Below, in pieces: positions 36,662 through 47,900 of a stretch of DNA of 64,000 nucleotides; the stretch's first letter is position 1; every line of letters begins with the position of its first letter. The notes below the pieces were generated by a model. It was not told the DNA's origin. It ran no database searches and was given only the letters and a program-made list of their open reading frames with translations. A program made the translations under genes and the position numbers. Source of the DNA: a virus; IMG/VR virus record IMGVR_UViG_3300044695_002580, positions 32,882-96,881 of that record; one strand, given 5' to 3'.

Positions 36662-36825
36662 TACTTCTTCTTCTTTCGTAGGGCGGCGAAGTCTGAGCCT
36701 TCTAGCTTGCCGTCTTTGTCCATATCAAGCTTCTTTTGCTTAGATGACATGCCCTTTGGAGCCGCCTTCTTAGCGACCTTCTTAGCAGCCTTCTTCTTTC
36801 CCATACATCCACATGTAGCACACAT
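36661..36825 (-). CDS. small Lys-rich protein with MCATCGC start and EF-hand-like loop
   Basis: 54 aa from ATG 36825; DMDKDGKLEGSDF. Confidence 0.75.
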   Translation of the reverse strand: MCATCGCMGKKKAAKKVAKKAAPKGMSSKQKKLDMDKDGKLEGSDFAALRKKKK

Positions 36826-36826
36826 A

Positions 36827-36967
36827 TTACTTACTCGCTTTCTTAGGTTTGGAGACTTTCTTTTTGCCAGAACCTGCGGGGACGCAGTTCGGAACTTTCT
36901 TGCCACCCTTAGTCTTCATGCCTACTTGGACGTAGCCGTCCCAACAAGGGTTCGTATCTTTAGCCAT
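36827..36967 (-). CDS. small Lys-rich protein with CWxGY...VPNCVP motif (not in ORF track)
   Basis: Hand translation, 46 aa: MAKDTNPCWDGYVQVGMKTKGGKKVPNCVPAGSGKKKVSKPKKASK. Confidence 0.78.
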   Translation of the reverse strand: MAKDTNPCWDGYVQVGMKTKGGKKVPNCVPAGSGKKKVSKPKKASK

Positions 36968-36979
36968 TACTTATATTCC

Positions 36980-38203
36980 TTATCTTTGCTCTAACCAGTT
37001 AACTGAACATACAACTTTTTTGTTACCATTAGTAGTGGCAGCTGCAATAGTAAAGATATCTGAAACGGTTCCTAGAGATGTTCTTCCTAGCTGAGCGTTT
37101 ACTCCTGGGTCAAACACAATTTGAGGCGCTCCGCTTCCAGCAACTTGGAACCCACCGTAGATTTCTACCCCACCACTTAAAGCAGTGGCTGTGTAGTTGT
37201 ATTGGGTAATAGGTTCTGGGTTAAGGGTGTCTACCCAAGTACCTCCAGTAAGCGTGGAGTTTATAAAAACCTTATAGTGTAAAGAGGTGTTATCAAGGGT
37301 TGCTATCTGGAAAGATAGAGGAACAACCACAGCCTGAAGAGCTGTTGACTTTAGTCTTCCGCTGATAATGGGGTAGAAGGTGTCGGCTGCAGTTGTTGTA
37401 ACTCCCGCAATCGGTGTAGTCATATTATTTACTGCGCCTTGATAGGCAGAGTTACCCTCTACCGCATATGAGATAGAGCCTACGTGAAGCTTTCCTCCAC
37501 CAGTAACGCCAGTAGTGTTCTTTACTTCCATTCTGATTGGAAGAAAGGGGGTAGCAGACCATACAGTTGAAATGTGGTTAGCGTGGCTAGTTGTGTGGAT
37601 TAAACGCTTTCTACCATCAATAACAAAGTAGTACTTTACTTCACCCGCGCCATACCACTCATACTCAATATAAAGAAGTTGTTGTTTTGTGAGGTCAATG
37701 TTAAGTCCGCTGCGACCATCTCCGTTAAGCTTGTCGCCATTCCACAAACTTCTTGGGATACGGTTCTCAACTATAGTTCCAGTAGTCTTAGTCCTAACTA
37801 CGCAGTACATCTCTGTACCATCTACTTCAAAGTACGCCCCGTTTTCCTCGTTAAACAACCCCCAACGATAGCGCATACCAGCTTTCATTTCTGAAAGACG
37901 ATAGGCGCCAGCTACAGCAGAGGCTCTACCAGGGATATACCGCATAACGTTTTTAGATTGATATAGAACCTGCGAGTTTAAAGTTCCTGTTGCTGTAAGG
38001 TCTACAACGGCAGCAGCTGGGTCCCACACTGCAGCCCCATTATTAGATACGGCTTCATCCCATAGGACGTCTTTTCCAAACTGGAAGCTGCTATAAAAAG
38101 TAGTCTCGATGTTAGAGACTTTAAGTCGGTCTTTGCTTGTAAAAGTTTCGGCGTTAATTACTGACTCTACTGGGGCAGAGTGCAGGTTACCTGAGTGCGG
38201 CAT
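36980..38203 (-). CDS. virion structural beta-sandwich protein, paralog of 44960-48250
   Basis: Shared motifs G.F...NG.YFE.DG, WN.DK..G.G.SG, I.Y.WYGAG, LP.R.EV, terminal W.E. Confidence 0.7.
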   Translation of the reverse strand: MPHSGNLHSAPVESVINAETFTSKDRLKVSNIETTFYSSFQFGKDVLWDEAVSNNGAAVWDPAAAVVDLTATGTLNSQVLYQSKNVMRYIPGRASAVAGAYRLSEMKAGMRYRWGLFNEENGAYFEVDGTEMYCVVRTKTTGTIVENRIPRSLWNGDKLNGDGRSGLNIDLTKQQLLYIEYEWYGAGEVKYYFVIDGRKRLIHTTSHANHISTVWSATPFLPIRMEVKNTTGVTGGGKLHVGSISYAVEGNSAYQGAVNNMTTPIAGVTTTAADTFYPIISGRLKSTALQAVVVPLSFQIATLDNTSLHYKVFINSTLTGGTWVDTLNPEPITQYNYTATALSGGVEIYGGFQVAGSGAPQIVFDPGVNAQLGRTSLGTVSDIFTIAAATTNGNKKVVCSVNWLEQR

Positions 38204-38211
38204 TAGAACTC

Positions 38212-38742
38212 CTACTTAATATACCCAGCGAGTGCCAGGAACTGTGGGTCGTTGACCATTTCATCTGCCATTACCTGCATACATTCTACAACCAAGAGTG
38301 TGAATCTTTCAGCAACAATGCCAGCCTGTTGGATGTAATAAGGGCGATAGACCTGGCCCTTCCATAAGATACGACCACGAGCTTGTAGGTCTGGGTTACC
38401 AATTACGCCTGGTGCAATCTTCTCTACGTCCTCAGCGTTAAGGGTGAGGTGTAGGGAGTCTGCGCCGTAGTAACCGCGTTGACTGTTCTTTACGCCACCT
38501 TGTTTAATGACGGCTCTTACTACTGGTAAATCAAATGGGCCTTTCCAGATACGACCACCAGTTGCAGTAGATAGGTCTTGTCCTACATCATAGATAGGGT
38601 CAACCACAGTAGCTACGGGGTCCCAGATAAACCACTTGGCTGTAGTTCCTACAGGCCTCTTAAGGTCTGCGTCTACGCCTTCTAATACTTTATTGGTTTC
38701 AAAGTCTGCATCAAAGCGACCACCTGGTGCGTGAGCTCTCAA
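38212..38742 (-). CDS. probable head closure / head-tail adaptor
   Basis: Position; RI.WKG.VY beta pattern. Confidence 0.5.
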   Translation of the reverse strand: MRAHAPGGRFDADFETNKVLEGVDADLKRPVGTTAKWFIWDPVATVVDPIYDVGQDLSTATGGRIWKGPFDLPVVRAVIKQGGVKNSQRGYYGADSLHLTLNAEDVEKIAPGVIGNPDLQARGRILWKGQVYRPYYIQQAGIVAERFTLLVVECMQVMADEMVNDPQFLALAGYIK

Positions 38743-39800
38743 TCTTCTACCGCCTTCTTGTAGAGTTCTAGGTTACCGACTATTCGCTCATCTGTAGGGC
38801 TCAACTCTGCGGCTATGGTTCCATATTCAAGGGCCATCTTCTTTTCACCTAACCAAAACGCACATACAGCAGCTAGGTCGTAGGGCTGTGCTCCCCAGGC
38901 AAATGCCTCATTTAAATAGTCCATACTTTTGTTTTTAATATTAACTGCCTTCTTAGCCCACATGTAGCACTCTTCAATACGGCCCTTGTCATAGTGATAC
39001 TGTGCCAGCTCTACATACGCCTCTCGTTTAGCGGGCTCTTCTTGAACAGCAAGCTTCCACCACTTAAGCTTCTCTGCTTCATCTGTAGAGCACTTGGCTA
39101 TGTAGCGCATAGAAGATGCTCGTTCAGCTTTCCATACCGCTTTAGGCAAAGATAGATGGCGTTTGAACTGAACCAACGCTTCCTCAATCTGTCCGTGAAA
39201 GAAAAGCTCACGAGCATAGTAGTAAGCATTACGGTCGTTGTGTGGGTCTTCTTCTATAGATAACTTAAGCAATGGAAGGTACTGTCCGCGAGACTTAGTG
39301 TCATCTGCCTTGTGCCATAGGCCTAGCTTTGACCAGTACTCTTTCTCAACAAGGCGGTCTGTATAGAGGCACTCGTGTACAGGATGTAGCCAGCGATACC
39401 CATGACGTGCATGAATCTTGTCACCAGCAAATGTAAGACCAGGGCTACCATCTGGATTAAAGTTCCACGTGTAGTCATACCGTATACGTGTAGTTCCTTT
39501 GGGCGCCTTTTCAATCTCATCACGCCAACCAGGCGCTAGCACTTCATCCATATCTAGTGAAATGCAATAGTCAATGTCGTCTGGCAATAGGGCGAGGGCT
39601 GCATTGCGAGCATCATCAAAGCGCCATGGTCGTACGCTTATTACGTGAACGTTAATGCCAAGCGCCAAGGCTTTCTCTACGGTTCCATCCGCAGAACCAG
39701 TATCAGCAATCATTAGGTAGTCCGCGTCTTTTGCGGATTCATACCAGCGTTCTACAAACTGTGCTTCATTTAATGCGATGGTGTATACGGCTATTTTCAT
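38739..39800 (-). CDS. family 2 glycosyltransferase with TPR repeats
   Basis: IALNE, DTGS.DGT, F..ARN.AL, DMDE, VHE, C-terminal TPR-like helices. Confidence 0.9.
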   Translation of the reverse strand: MKIAVYTIALNEAQFVERWYESAKDADYLMIADTGSADGTVEKALALGINVHVISVRPWRFDDARNAALALLPDDIDYCISLDMDEVLAPGWRDEIEKAPKGTTRIRYDYTWNFNPDGSPGLTFAGDKIHARHGYRWLHPVHECLYTDRLVEKEYWSKLGLWHKADDTKSRGQYLPLLKLSIEEDPHNDRNAYYYARELFFHGQIEEALVQFKRHLSLPKAVWKAERASSMRYIAKCSTDEAEKLKWWKLAVQEEPAKREAYVELAQYHYDKGRIEECYMWAKKAVNIKNKSMDYLNEAFAWGAQPYDLAAVCAFWLGEKKMALEYGTIAAELSPTDERIVGNLELYKKAVED

Positions 39801-39823
39801 AGATAAATTGTATCCTTAAATAG

Positions 39824-39855
39824 AAAAGCCCCGCCAGTCCCGTAGGACGGCGGGG
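39824..39855 (-). terminator. intrinsic terminator
   Basis: CCCCGCC..GTCC-loop-GGAC.GGCGGGG followed by CTTTT on minus strand. Confidence 0.65.
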
Positions 39856-39873
39856 AGCTATTTCTAATCTATA

Positions 39874-40257
39874 TTAAGCTACTGTTGCAAACTCAAGACG
39901 TCCGAAGATAGTAACTCCGCCGTCTGGTGAGTAGAAGTTTAGAACTGAAGCTGCAGTGCCAGATGCGATGCTAGGGGCTGAACCGCCGTCCCATGTCACA
40001 CCGTTAAAAGCTACTGCGTTAGCGCCACGGTTGCGGACTTCTACCTGCCAGCGAGTTCCATAACCTGATGGAACACCTGTCCAGTTTACAGTTACTGCAC
40101 CAACCAAGTTAGTGATTCGGATGAACGAACCGTTAGTTGGGTTGATGCTGAGTGTACCTGTTGCAGCTGAGAAGTTCTGAAGACGTCCTGTGACACCTAC
40201 GTTGATGTAAGCGTCGTTAGACTGAGCCAATACTGTTGGCTGTGAAGAAATGGCCAT
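39874..40257 (-). CDS. small fibre-associated protein
   Basis: W.GG.AP...F.S.DGG.T..G motif typical of fibre C-terminal domains. Confidence 0.6.
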   Translation of the reverse strand: MAISSQPTVLAQSNDAYINVGVTGRLQNFSAATGTLSINPTNGSFIRITNLVGAVTVNWTGVPSGYGTRWQVEVRNRGANAVAFNGVTWDGGSAPSIASGTAASVLNFYSPDGGVTIFGRLEFATVA

Positions 40258-40538
40258 TATTTATCGTCCTCTTCTTCCTCTTCGTCTTCTTCTGCAGGAG
40301 CTTCAAGCTCTGCTGTTCCTTCGAATCCAGTTCCGTTCCAAAGAGCTTTAGCAGCTTCTGGAACCCCAGGAGGGCACCAAAAACCATTTACTCGCTCCCA
40401 GCCACGTGCTGGTTCTGGGTTAAGGCCGTCAATCTGAACTACTTCAAAAAGCAGTGCCAGAGGACCTAGAGCGTCTTCGCTCTCTGCAACCTGAACCTGA
40501 GTGATTAGGTTGTCATCTACTAGTGCGTATTTAGCCAT
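40257..40538 (-). CDS. probable fibre assembly protein
   Basis: YAL+D...GW....F.PP pattern; acidic tail. Confidence 0.5.
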   Translation of the reverse strand: MAKYALVDDNLITQVQVAESEDALGPLALLFEVVQIDGLNPEPARGWERVNGFWCPPGVPEAAKALWNGTGFEGTAELEAPAEEDEEEEEDDK

Positions 40539-40548
40539 TCATTTCCTC

Positions 40549-43500
40549 CTAGAGTACTGCCTTGTCGAACCAACGAACCATAGCGTAGCCATCTGCGCCG
40601 TTTCCGCCAAATGACTGGTAGCCGTAGTACTGGCAACCACCGAAGTCAACGTCAACAACGTCGCCAGCATCCATGTATAGGAACTCCCATGTTACATCAA
40701 AGTAAGCAGCGTTTTCTGGAGCTGCAAGAGTCTGCCAGTAGCCAGATGTAGCACCTGAAGCACCTAGGAAGGTAACAGTGTTAGTTCCTGAGAACTGGAT
40801 ATCAAATGTAGGACGGTCTTCACGAATGATGACGTTCTTGTCATTCTTCCAACGAACTGTTGGACGTACACGCTTTGGTAGACCTGTGAACTGTGCAGAT
40901 GTAACACCGCCAGGAGCAGTTGTTAGACGCGCAGCAACACCAGGGAATACTAGTGCGATACGTGGAAGAATTGGGAAGGACTGCCATGAAGTTGTAATCT
41001 TTGCATTACCTGTATCCTGGATGGTTGTACGTAGAACGTTTGAACCATAGAATCCAGCCTGTGCTGAGATGATAATGTTTGCGTTATACACTGGGTTCCA
41101 CTTAAAGAACTCAGATGTAATAGCTTCGTAGTTAACCGCTGCGTTAGCAGAGTTGTGTGTAATAAGAGTGTTAGGTGAGTTAGTCCAGTTAGAACCACCA
41201 CCACCGCCACCTGCACCAGTGTTAGCAATCGCGTCTAGACCACGTGCGTAGTAATCAGCTGTGGTTGATGCTTGAGTTGCCAACCATGTTGGAGCACCCT
41301 TACCTCCACCGTTCTGACCCATGCCAGGAATTGTCTGCTGAATTGAGTTGCTTGCTGACCACCCAGCACCGCCACCGCCACCAGCAACTGGTAGACCAAG
41401 TGGAGAGCCTGAGTTCAAACCGTTTAGGAGAACACCAGGTCCACCCTTACCAGCTGCACCCATTGGGTGGGAGTTGTTTGTACCAGAGTTCCAAACTGCG
41501 TATCCACCTTGGTGACCGCGCATTGGCCAAATCTGTTGTGAACCGCCACCAGTTGTACGGAAGCCGTCAATTGAGGCACCGCTAGAAACACCGACGCCGT
41601 ATACGTGAGCCATCTCACCAGCACCACCAGCACCTGCGCCACCACCTGCAAGGGTAGTAGTAGTGCTTGAGTTGTTAGCTGCGTGTCCACCGTTGTTGCC
41701 ACCGATGAGGCCGTACTGCCAATGTGTAGAGTTAGTGTTAAATGTTCCACCACCTCCACCGCCTTCTGCAGCAAGGGTTCCAAGAGATGAAACGATTGGT
41801 GTCATACCTGCTTGACCAGCATAGAAGTAGTTGACGTTATCAACCTTCTTGTATGTAGTAGCTACTGCTGCAGGCTCTAGCTGTGGAGCAATAATGTGGT
41901 GTTCAATTGCTGTACCTGTGGCGCTCTGTGCACCTTCAAGAACCATAACACCAAACTTAGCCCAACGTGCGTTGACAGGTGAGGTTGCACCGTTTACAAC
42001 TACACGTACTGGGTATGTAACTGCTGGCATCTGCTGTGTTGAAGTTGCAGCACCAGAGATTGGCAAGAATACGTTGTTACCTTCAGTACGAAGAACTGAG
42101 TTGAAGTCAGCATCGAAGTACTCGATGAAACCACGAACTGGGCGGTATGAGTTAGAAGTACCAGTTGCTACAACGAATGCAGAACCTGAGTACTGAGTAC
42201 CTGAGTTAACACGTACAAAGCGGTGTGAAGTTTCAAGGTTTGCACCAGCCGCGGAGTTAGTCTGCATAAGCATTGACTGAGATTCACGGTATACAGGTGG
42301 GCGCCATGTAGTGGTTGCGTTACCAACTTCAAGCTGTAGGTTATCAATCCAGTAGTTTACAGAACCCTGCTGGAAGAGAATAACTGGGTGGATAAACTGA
42401 GGTGTTGAACCGAACGCGTATGTACCGTTAGCAAGAGCAGACGCAATTGTAGGTGTAGTGAATGTCGCTGAAAGACGGCGCCATCCAGTCTGACCTGTTG
42501 TTACGTTTGAACCAAGCATCTGAACACCAGCTGGGTTAGCAAAGTTAACTGTGCTATCAGTAAGTGTTGCGTTAGTTGTCTTGTTGATGCTTACAGTAGT
42601 TCCGACTACGTTAGATACGATAGTGTCTGACTGAATACCAGAACCAGTAATAGCCATACCAATCAAAATACCTGTTGCATCAGCAACTGTGATTGTGGTA
42701 GCGCCGTTAGCAGCGTTAGCAGTAGTTGTGTACGCTCCACCGTAGTTGGTTAGAGTTGCTGGGATACCTTGACGTACGAAGAATCCGTTAGCTGTACCAG
42801 CATCGATAGAATCAGTTGTACCTGAGTTAGAGCCGTTCAAGTAGTTAGTGCTTGAAACTGCGTTACGTGAAGCACCAGAAGAACGTAGCTGGAATAGGAT
42901 TGGTGTAGATGTGCTGATGTTTACGTTTGTAGAAATGTAAGCAGAGAAGGTATAGGTAGCACCTGGGATGTAAGGAACACCCTGTGTACCAGCAGCTGTC
43001 TGGGTACCGTTAGATGTTGTTGTTGAGTTCATTGTTGAGAACTGAACCCATGTAGGTGCACCGCCTGATGTTGAAGAGCTTGTGCCGCAGATTAGGCCGT
43101 TAATACCAAATGCTCCTGAGTAAGAGACAGTAGCTGTAACGGTTCCAGCAGCAGTTGCTGCCTGAGAAATCGTGATGGTAGTTGGGCTGTCAACGCTTAG
43201 AACAACAGTTCCTGAAGCAAAACCAGTACCTGTAATGTACATATTTGGGTATACATCGTTAGTGCTGTTTAAGGTTACAGTTGTAGAGCTTAGTACAGTA
43301 GTTGCAGTCTTAGTGTACCCGCCAACCATTTCTGGAAGCTTGGTAGGAACACCTGCGTTGTTGATAGCAAATGTTGAAAGAGCTGTACCGTACTGACGAA
43401 TCAAGTTACTAGACAATACCGCAGCATCTTCTAGCTGAGACACGTTAGGCTGCAAGATGTTGTTAGATAGGTTTCTAAAGTATGGTGAACCTGCAGTGTT

Positions 43501-44214
43501 ACCTGTCTGTGGGTTAGTAAAGATGTCAGAGGCTGCAGATGAGATGTTGTTGAAGAATACGTTAGAAGGACGTACTACAGACTCACCCTGTGAGAAGCCC
43601 ACTACAGTTGCAACTGTTGCAGTGTTTGCTACTGTCAAGCTAACTACGTTTCCAGAGATACCTGCAATACGTGTGTTAACACCAAGGTTAGTACCTGTTA
43701 CACGCTGACCAACTGTTAGGCCTGCAGCGTTTGGATATACAGTAATAGAAGACTGACCAGAGATACCAGTTGCTGAACGGTAGTATGTTGCTGAATCCCA
43801 TGACTGAACGCTGTAGTCGAAGTCTGAGTTAACAAGAAGGTTAGCAATTGTGATGTTACCAAAAATGGTTGCTGAGCCGTTACCGCCAGGAAGAGTGTTT
43901 ACTGTGTCAGTTGCGCCGTTAATTGCGCCCTGACCACCCTTACCACCTGCACCAACTGTTACGTTGTATGTTGTGCCTGGTGTTACTTGAATGTTCTTAA
44001 CGATTACCTGACCACCAGCGCCACCACCGCCAGCCACGTTCTGTGAACCGCCGCCACCGCCGCCGCCTGCGCCAACAAGGACGACTTGGGCATAGGTCAC
44101 ACCAGCAGGAGCAGTCCAGGTACCACTGGCTGTAAAGGTGGCCTCATTGACAAACAAACGACCCGAATTGTCATTCGGGAAGACGATAAAGTCTTTACTT
44201 GAGGATATTGCCAT
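40549..44214 (-). CDS. large Gly/Thr-rich tail fibre / receptor-binding protein
   Basis: FT.SGTWT.P.GV..LVG.GGGG glycine-rich domains flanking CBM-like inserts. Confidence 0.75.
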   Translation of the reverse strand: MAISSSKDFIVFPNDNSGRLFVNEATFTASGTWTAPAGVTYAQVVLVGAGGGGGGGSQNVAGGGGAGGQVIVKNIQVTPGTTYNVTVGAGGKGGQGAINGATDTVNTLPGGNGSATIFGNITIANLLVNSDFDYSVQSWDSATYYRSATGISGQSSITVYPNAAGLTVGQRVTGTNLGVNTRIAGISGNVVSLTVANTATVATVVGFSQGESVVRPSNVFFNNISSAASDIFTNPQTGNTAGSPYFRNLSNNILQPNVSQLEDAAVLSSNLIRQYGTALSTFAINNAGVPTKLPEMVGGYTKTATTVLSSTTVTLNSTNDVYPNMYITGTGFASGTVVLSVDSPTTITISQAATAAGTVTATVSYSGAFGINGLICGTSSSTSGGAPTWVQFSTMNSTTTSNGTQTAAGTQGVPYIPGATYTFSAYISTNVNISTSTPILFQLRSSGASRNAVSSTNYLNGSNSGTTDSIDAGTANGFFVRQGIPATLTNYGGAYTTTANAANGATTITVADATGILIGMAITGSGIQSDTIVSNVVGTTVSINKTTNATLTDSTVNFANPAGVQMLGSNVTTGQTGWRRLSATFTTPTIASALANGTYAFGSTPQFIHPVILFQQGSVNYWIDNLQLEVGNATTTWRPPVYRESQSMLMQTNSAAGANLETSHRFVRVNSGTQYSGSAFVVATGTSNSYRPVRGFIEYFDADFNSVLRTEGNNVFLPISGAATSTQQMPAVTYPVRVVVNGATSPVNARWAKFGVMVLEGAQSATGTAIEHHIIAPQLEPAAVATTYKKVDNVNYFYAGQAGMTPIVSSLGTLAAEGGGGGGTFNTNSTHWQYGLIGGNNGGHAANNSSTTTTLAGGGAGAGGAGEMAHVYGVGVSSGASIDGFRTTGGGSQQIWPMRGHQGGYAVWNSGTNNSHPMGAAGKGGPGVLLNGLNSGSPLGLPVAGGGGGAGWSASNSIQQTIPGMGQNGGGKGAPTWLATQASTTADYYARGLDAIANTGAGGGGGGSNWTNSPNTLITHNSANAAVNYEAITSEFFKWNPVYNANIIISAQAGFYGSNVLRTTIQDTGNAKITTSWQSFPILPRIALVFPGVAARLTTAPGGVTSAQFTGLPKRVRPTVRWKNDKNVIIREDRPTFDIQFSGTNTVTFLGASGATSGYWQTLAAPENAAYFDVTWEFLYMDAGDVVDVDFGGCQYYGYQSFGGNGADGYAMVRWFDKAVL

Positions 44215-44241
44215 TTATAGTTACCTGTCCTTTTCCTTTTA

Positions 44242-44547
44242 TTAAGAAATCAATACGCCTGAAATCAACACGTCTACAGCAGAACCAGCGTCTGCGGTAA
44301 CGGAGATTGTTTCAGCTGCGTTTAAAACTACGCGGGCATCAAAATTTACAGTTCCATTTGCAGGAACTTGAAGACCTGAGCAGAACGCAAAACCACCAGT
44401 TGTTACTGTGACGGTTCGGGTTGCTGCAGTCTTATTAGCAAGAACTACATTTGTTACAATTGCAGTGTTACTTGAAGGAACCGCATACGCAGAAGCATCC
44501 GTGGTTCCAGCAGTAAGTGCTCTAAAACGTGTTACTGTTGTTGGCAT
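44242..44547 (-). CDS. small beta-rich virion protein
   Basis: 101 aa, Y.VP...IV...N pattern in fibre cluster. Confidence 0.6.
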   Translation of the reverse strand: MPTTVTRFRALTAGTTDASAYAVPSSNTAIVTNVVLANKTAATRTVTVTTGGFAFCSGLQVPANGTVNFDARVVLNAAETISVTADAGSAVDVLISGVLIS

Positions 44548-44885
44548 TAGTCGAGTACTCCCATATACGCTAGTACGGTTAGGTTGGAGGCCTCTGCCGC
44601 GATAGCAGCGACCTTATTATTTCCCGCAGTGTTTACCGCAGAAACTTGTGTTGTGCCTGCGGTGTTAACAGCAGTAACCTGTGTTGTACCAGCAGTAGTG
44701 ATTGCTGTTACGCGGTCAGCGGTTGCAGCAACAATATCATTGACGCCCAGAAGGGAGCCCATAGTCTCAAGTGCTTTAGCAACATAGATTAGGTCTTGAG
44801 CAGTATACGTACTCGCATTAAGCGACTGCGTAATTTCCGTCTTAACCGCATCAATCTGCGTACTAAGCGATGTATAGTCTGGCAT
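44547..44885 (-). CDS. small virion protein with 11-aa heptad-like repeats
   Basis: TAGTTQVTAVN repeated about 3 times. Confidence 0.65.
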   Translation of the reverse strand: MPDYTSLSTQIDAVKTEITQSLNASTYTAQDLIYVAKALETMGSLLGVNDIVAATADRVTAITTAGTTQVTAVNTAGTTQVSAVNTAGNNKVAAIAAEASNLTVLAYMGVLD

Positions 44886-44959
44886 GGGGTTCTACCTACC
44901 TTCCGAGGTTATTAAAAGTATAGCGTCTTTAAAAATATGGACATCGTAAACAAGGGACA

Positions 44960-47900
44960 TTATGCTTGAGCCTCAATCCATGAGATACGAGCTGAGATGT
45001 TACCTATGGCGGTACCGATATTTGTAGCCGTAAGGACGATAACATCGGGACCATTAGGGTAGCTAGGGCTAGAGACGTTGCCGTCGCCAGAGATAATTGA
45101 GTTACCAAGGTCTCGGGTAGAGCTGAGGTCGTAGTTAGAGACGTTGTAGTTAGAAGCTCCACCACCGTTTTCTGAGTAGAAGGAGGCAACGGAGTCTCCA
45201 CCAGCGATACGTCCAGAGGCAGGTCGAACTGTTCCAGCGCCAGGGCCTGTATTATCAAAGTAGATAATTTGAGCCAAAGAACCAGAACCTACTAGGTCAC
45301 GGCTCCAGTCATCTGGTAAACCGACGTATCCTGTACGAGGCGTAAAGCTGATACCGCCAGATACAGCGCCTGTGTTAGGAACCGATAGCGTAACAAGGTT
45401 AGCGGTAACAGTTGCCACTTGAGCGCCTACACCGATGTTTCCTCCCGTAACAATCATGCCTGGAACGATACCGTTAGTACCCGCGGCGTCAGTAACTGTT
45501 AGCTGAATGCTTCCTGAGGCACCTGTGCAAGTACGGGTGGCTACTAAAGTAGCTGGGGCGTAATTGTCGTAGAAGATTTGGTTAGGGTTAAGGAGCGCAT
45601 CAATACGGAACTGTCCGTTAGTGGTAACACCGATAGAGTTTAACTGCAACTGCATGCGGTTAGTCAACTCGCGGATACCAAAGTTACGGGCAATACCGTT
45701 ATCTACAGATGGTGCAAGACGAAGCGCAAGAAGCGGACGAGTAACACCCGCTGCTACAGGTAGAAGCTTTGTCATACCACCAGTAAAGATGAAGTTCTCA
45801 TCGTTATCGAATCGACCATCCATGATGACCGATGAACCCCAGTGGCTGATGATAGGTGCACAGTTCTGAGTAATAGACTGAACTGCAACCTGAGCATCAT
45901 TACCAACACCAGTGATAGATGAATCTGGTGTAAAGGTTATAGGTGTGGTTGTTCCGCTAAATGTGAACGGTGTGTCAGGGTATACGTTTGTAATAGACGC
46001 ACGACGTTGAGCAATTGTGATTGGGTAACCACGCTTAACTGGGTCAAATGCACCTACAGATGTGTAGCGCATAATTTCACAGTTAACAGCGTCACGAACA
46101 TAGATGAATCCTGCAGATGGGAAGTTGCGACCATCTTCTACGTACAACGTTGTGTCGTTTGGTCCCAACTGAGAGCCCAATACTCCTGTAGGTCCAGCCA
46201 CCATCTTTGTAAAGATTGATGGGTCGTTAGATACTTCGTAACGAGCTGGCAAGTTACCTGAACGCTGGTAGGCGCCGTTGTTAACGTTGTTCTGTGGGAT
46301 TCTGTGGCAGAAGAAAATCTTTCCATCAGGTCCGCGCATACCAAATCGAATGGTTCCTGCACCGTACCATGTGTAGTCGATGTAGACCATCTGCATACGA
46401 CCAACATCTAGCTTGTAACCAGATGGGCCTTCTCCATCAAACTTGTCAACATTCCACTCATCTTGAGAGTAGCGGTCACTTTGTGTGATGAGGTAGCGAG
46501 TACGGTTACCTGTAGCTCCGCGGTATGCTGGAGCAACGTTGATTGAGGTAGCGCTGTTAATTGCAATTACTTTGTAAGATGAGCCCTTAATAACAATGCT
46601 CTGTCCTACAGTCAGTTGCTTACGGAACTGTGTATTTAAACCAGTTACAAAGCTTGAGTTCTTGACTACGTTTACGCGACCAATACCTTCTTTTTCAGAG
46701 TGGCGACGGCATACGAACATCTTCTGTCCATCGTACTCAAAGTAGAAACCGTTCTGGTCATCAAACATACCTGTGCGTGTAACAGCACCAAACCACTTAC
46801 GAGCGTGTACGTATACGTTAGTTCCACCAGGGTTTTGGTCTACTAGCGGTAGGGCTTCTGTAAGAACTACTTCATACTCAAAGGTGTTAACGTCGATAAC
46901 ACGCTTAACAATGAAGTCATTTCCATTAAACGGATTGTAGTTAAAACGTGTCTTAACGCCTTCAATGTCAACTGTAACGCCTGCTTGCATACCGTGGTCT
47001 TGTACTGTTTTTACTGTAACAACGTTAGTGCCAATAGAGCCGCCGTTAATAAACAACTGTTCTACGTCGTACACAGGCGTTAGCTGAGCACCTGTAGAGA
47101 ACTGCATACCCTTACCTGACTGGTAACGGAAGTAGCGGCGTGTCTGACGGATAGTCGTAGAGCCCATTGAGTTGGTAGCAGTTGATAGTGAAACACCACC
47201 ATCATAAGGGCGCTGAATAACGTAGCCGTCTCCCTTAGCAAAGATAAGAGCAGTTGTAGGAACTGATACAGCTGACTGTTGGCGGTCTAGAGCGAACTCA
47301 AGAGTAGTCTGTGTAGCAACCTTAGTTACCTGCCAGTTACCATCAAAGCTGTTAGTACCAGAAACTACAATAAGGTTTCCTGGATAGATTCCGTGTGGCT
47401 GGTCAAAGATAGCAGTTACAGTTGAGATAGGGGCTGCACCATCAACTGTTGCTCTCCAACGGTTGAGGGTGTTAATACCTCCGATTGGGAAGTTACCGCC
47501 AGGGATGTGAGCACCATCAAAGATATCTCCACCATATACTGATGTAAGAGTTCCAGACGCTACGTCTCCAGCGATAGCTCCACGAGCAGTGTATGTAAAG
47601 GTAGTAGTCGTAGGGACTGAAGTTACTAGAGCAGTTCCTTCTGCAAGGTAGTTAAGAGTTTCTTGTACAGAAACAATCTGACCTGGGACTAAACCATGAG
47701 GGAGTGCGGTAGTGACAGTCATTGATGAACGAGGGCGTACGCCGTTTCCAATAATAGAAACAACATCAAAAGAGTTACCGCCAGATGCTTTAGCGAAGAA
47801 CGATGGGTAACCATTAGATAGGAAAAGGCCTTCCCACTTAGATGGCTGTACTGAGTATTCAAAGTCAGTATCCATAAGTGACTGAGGCTCTGAGGTACGA

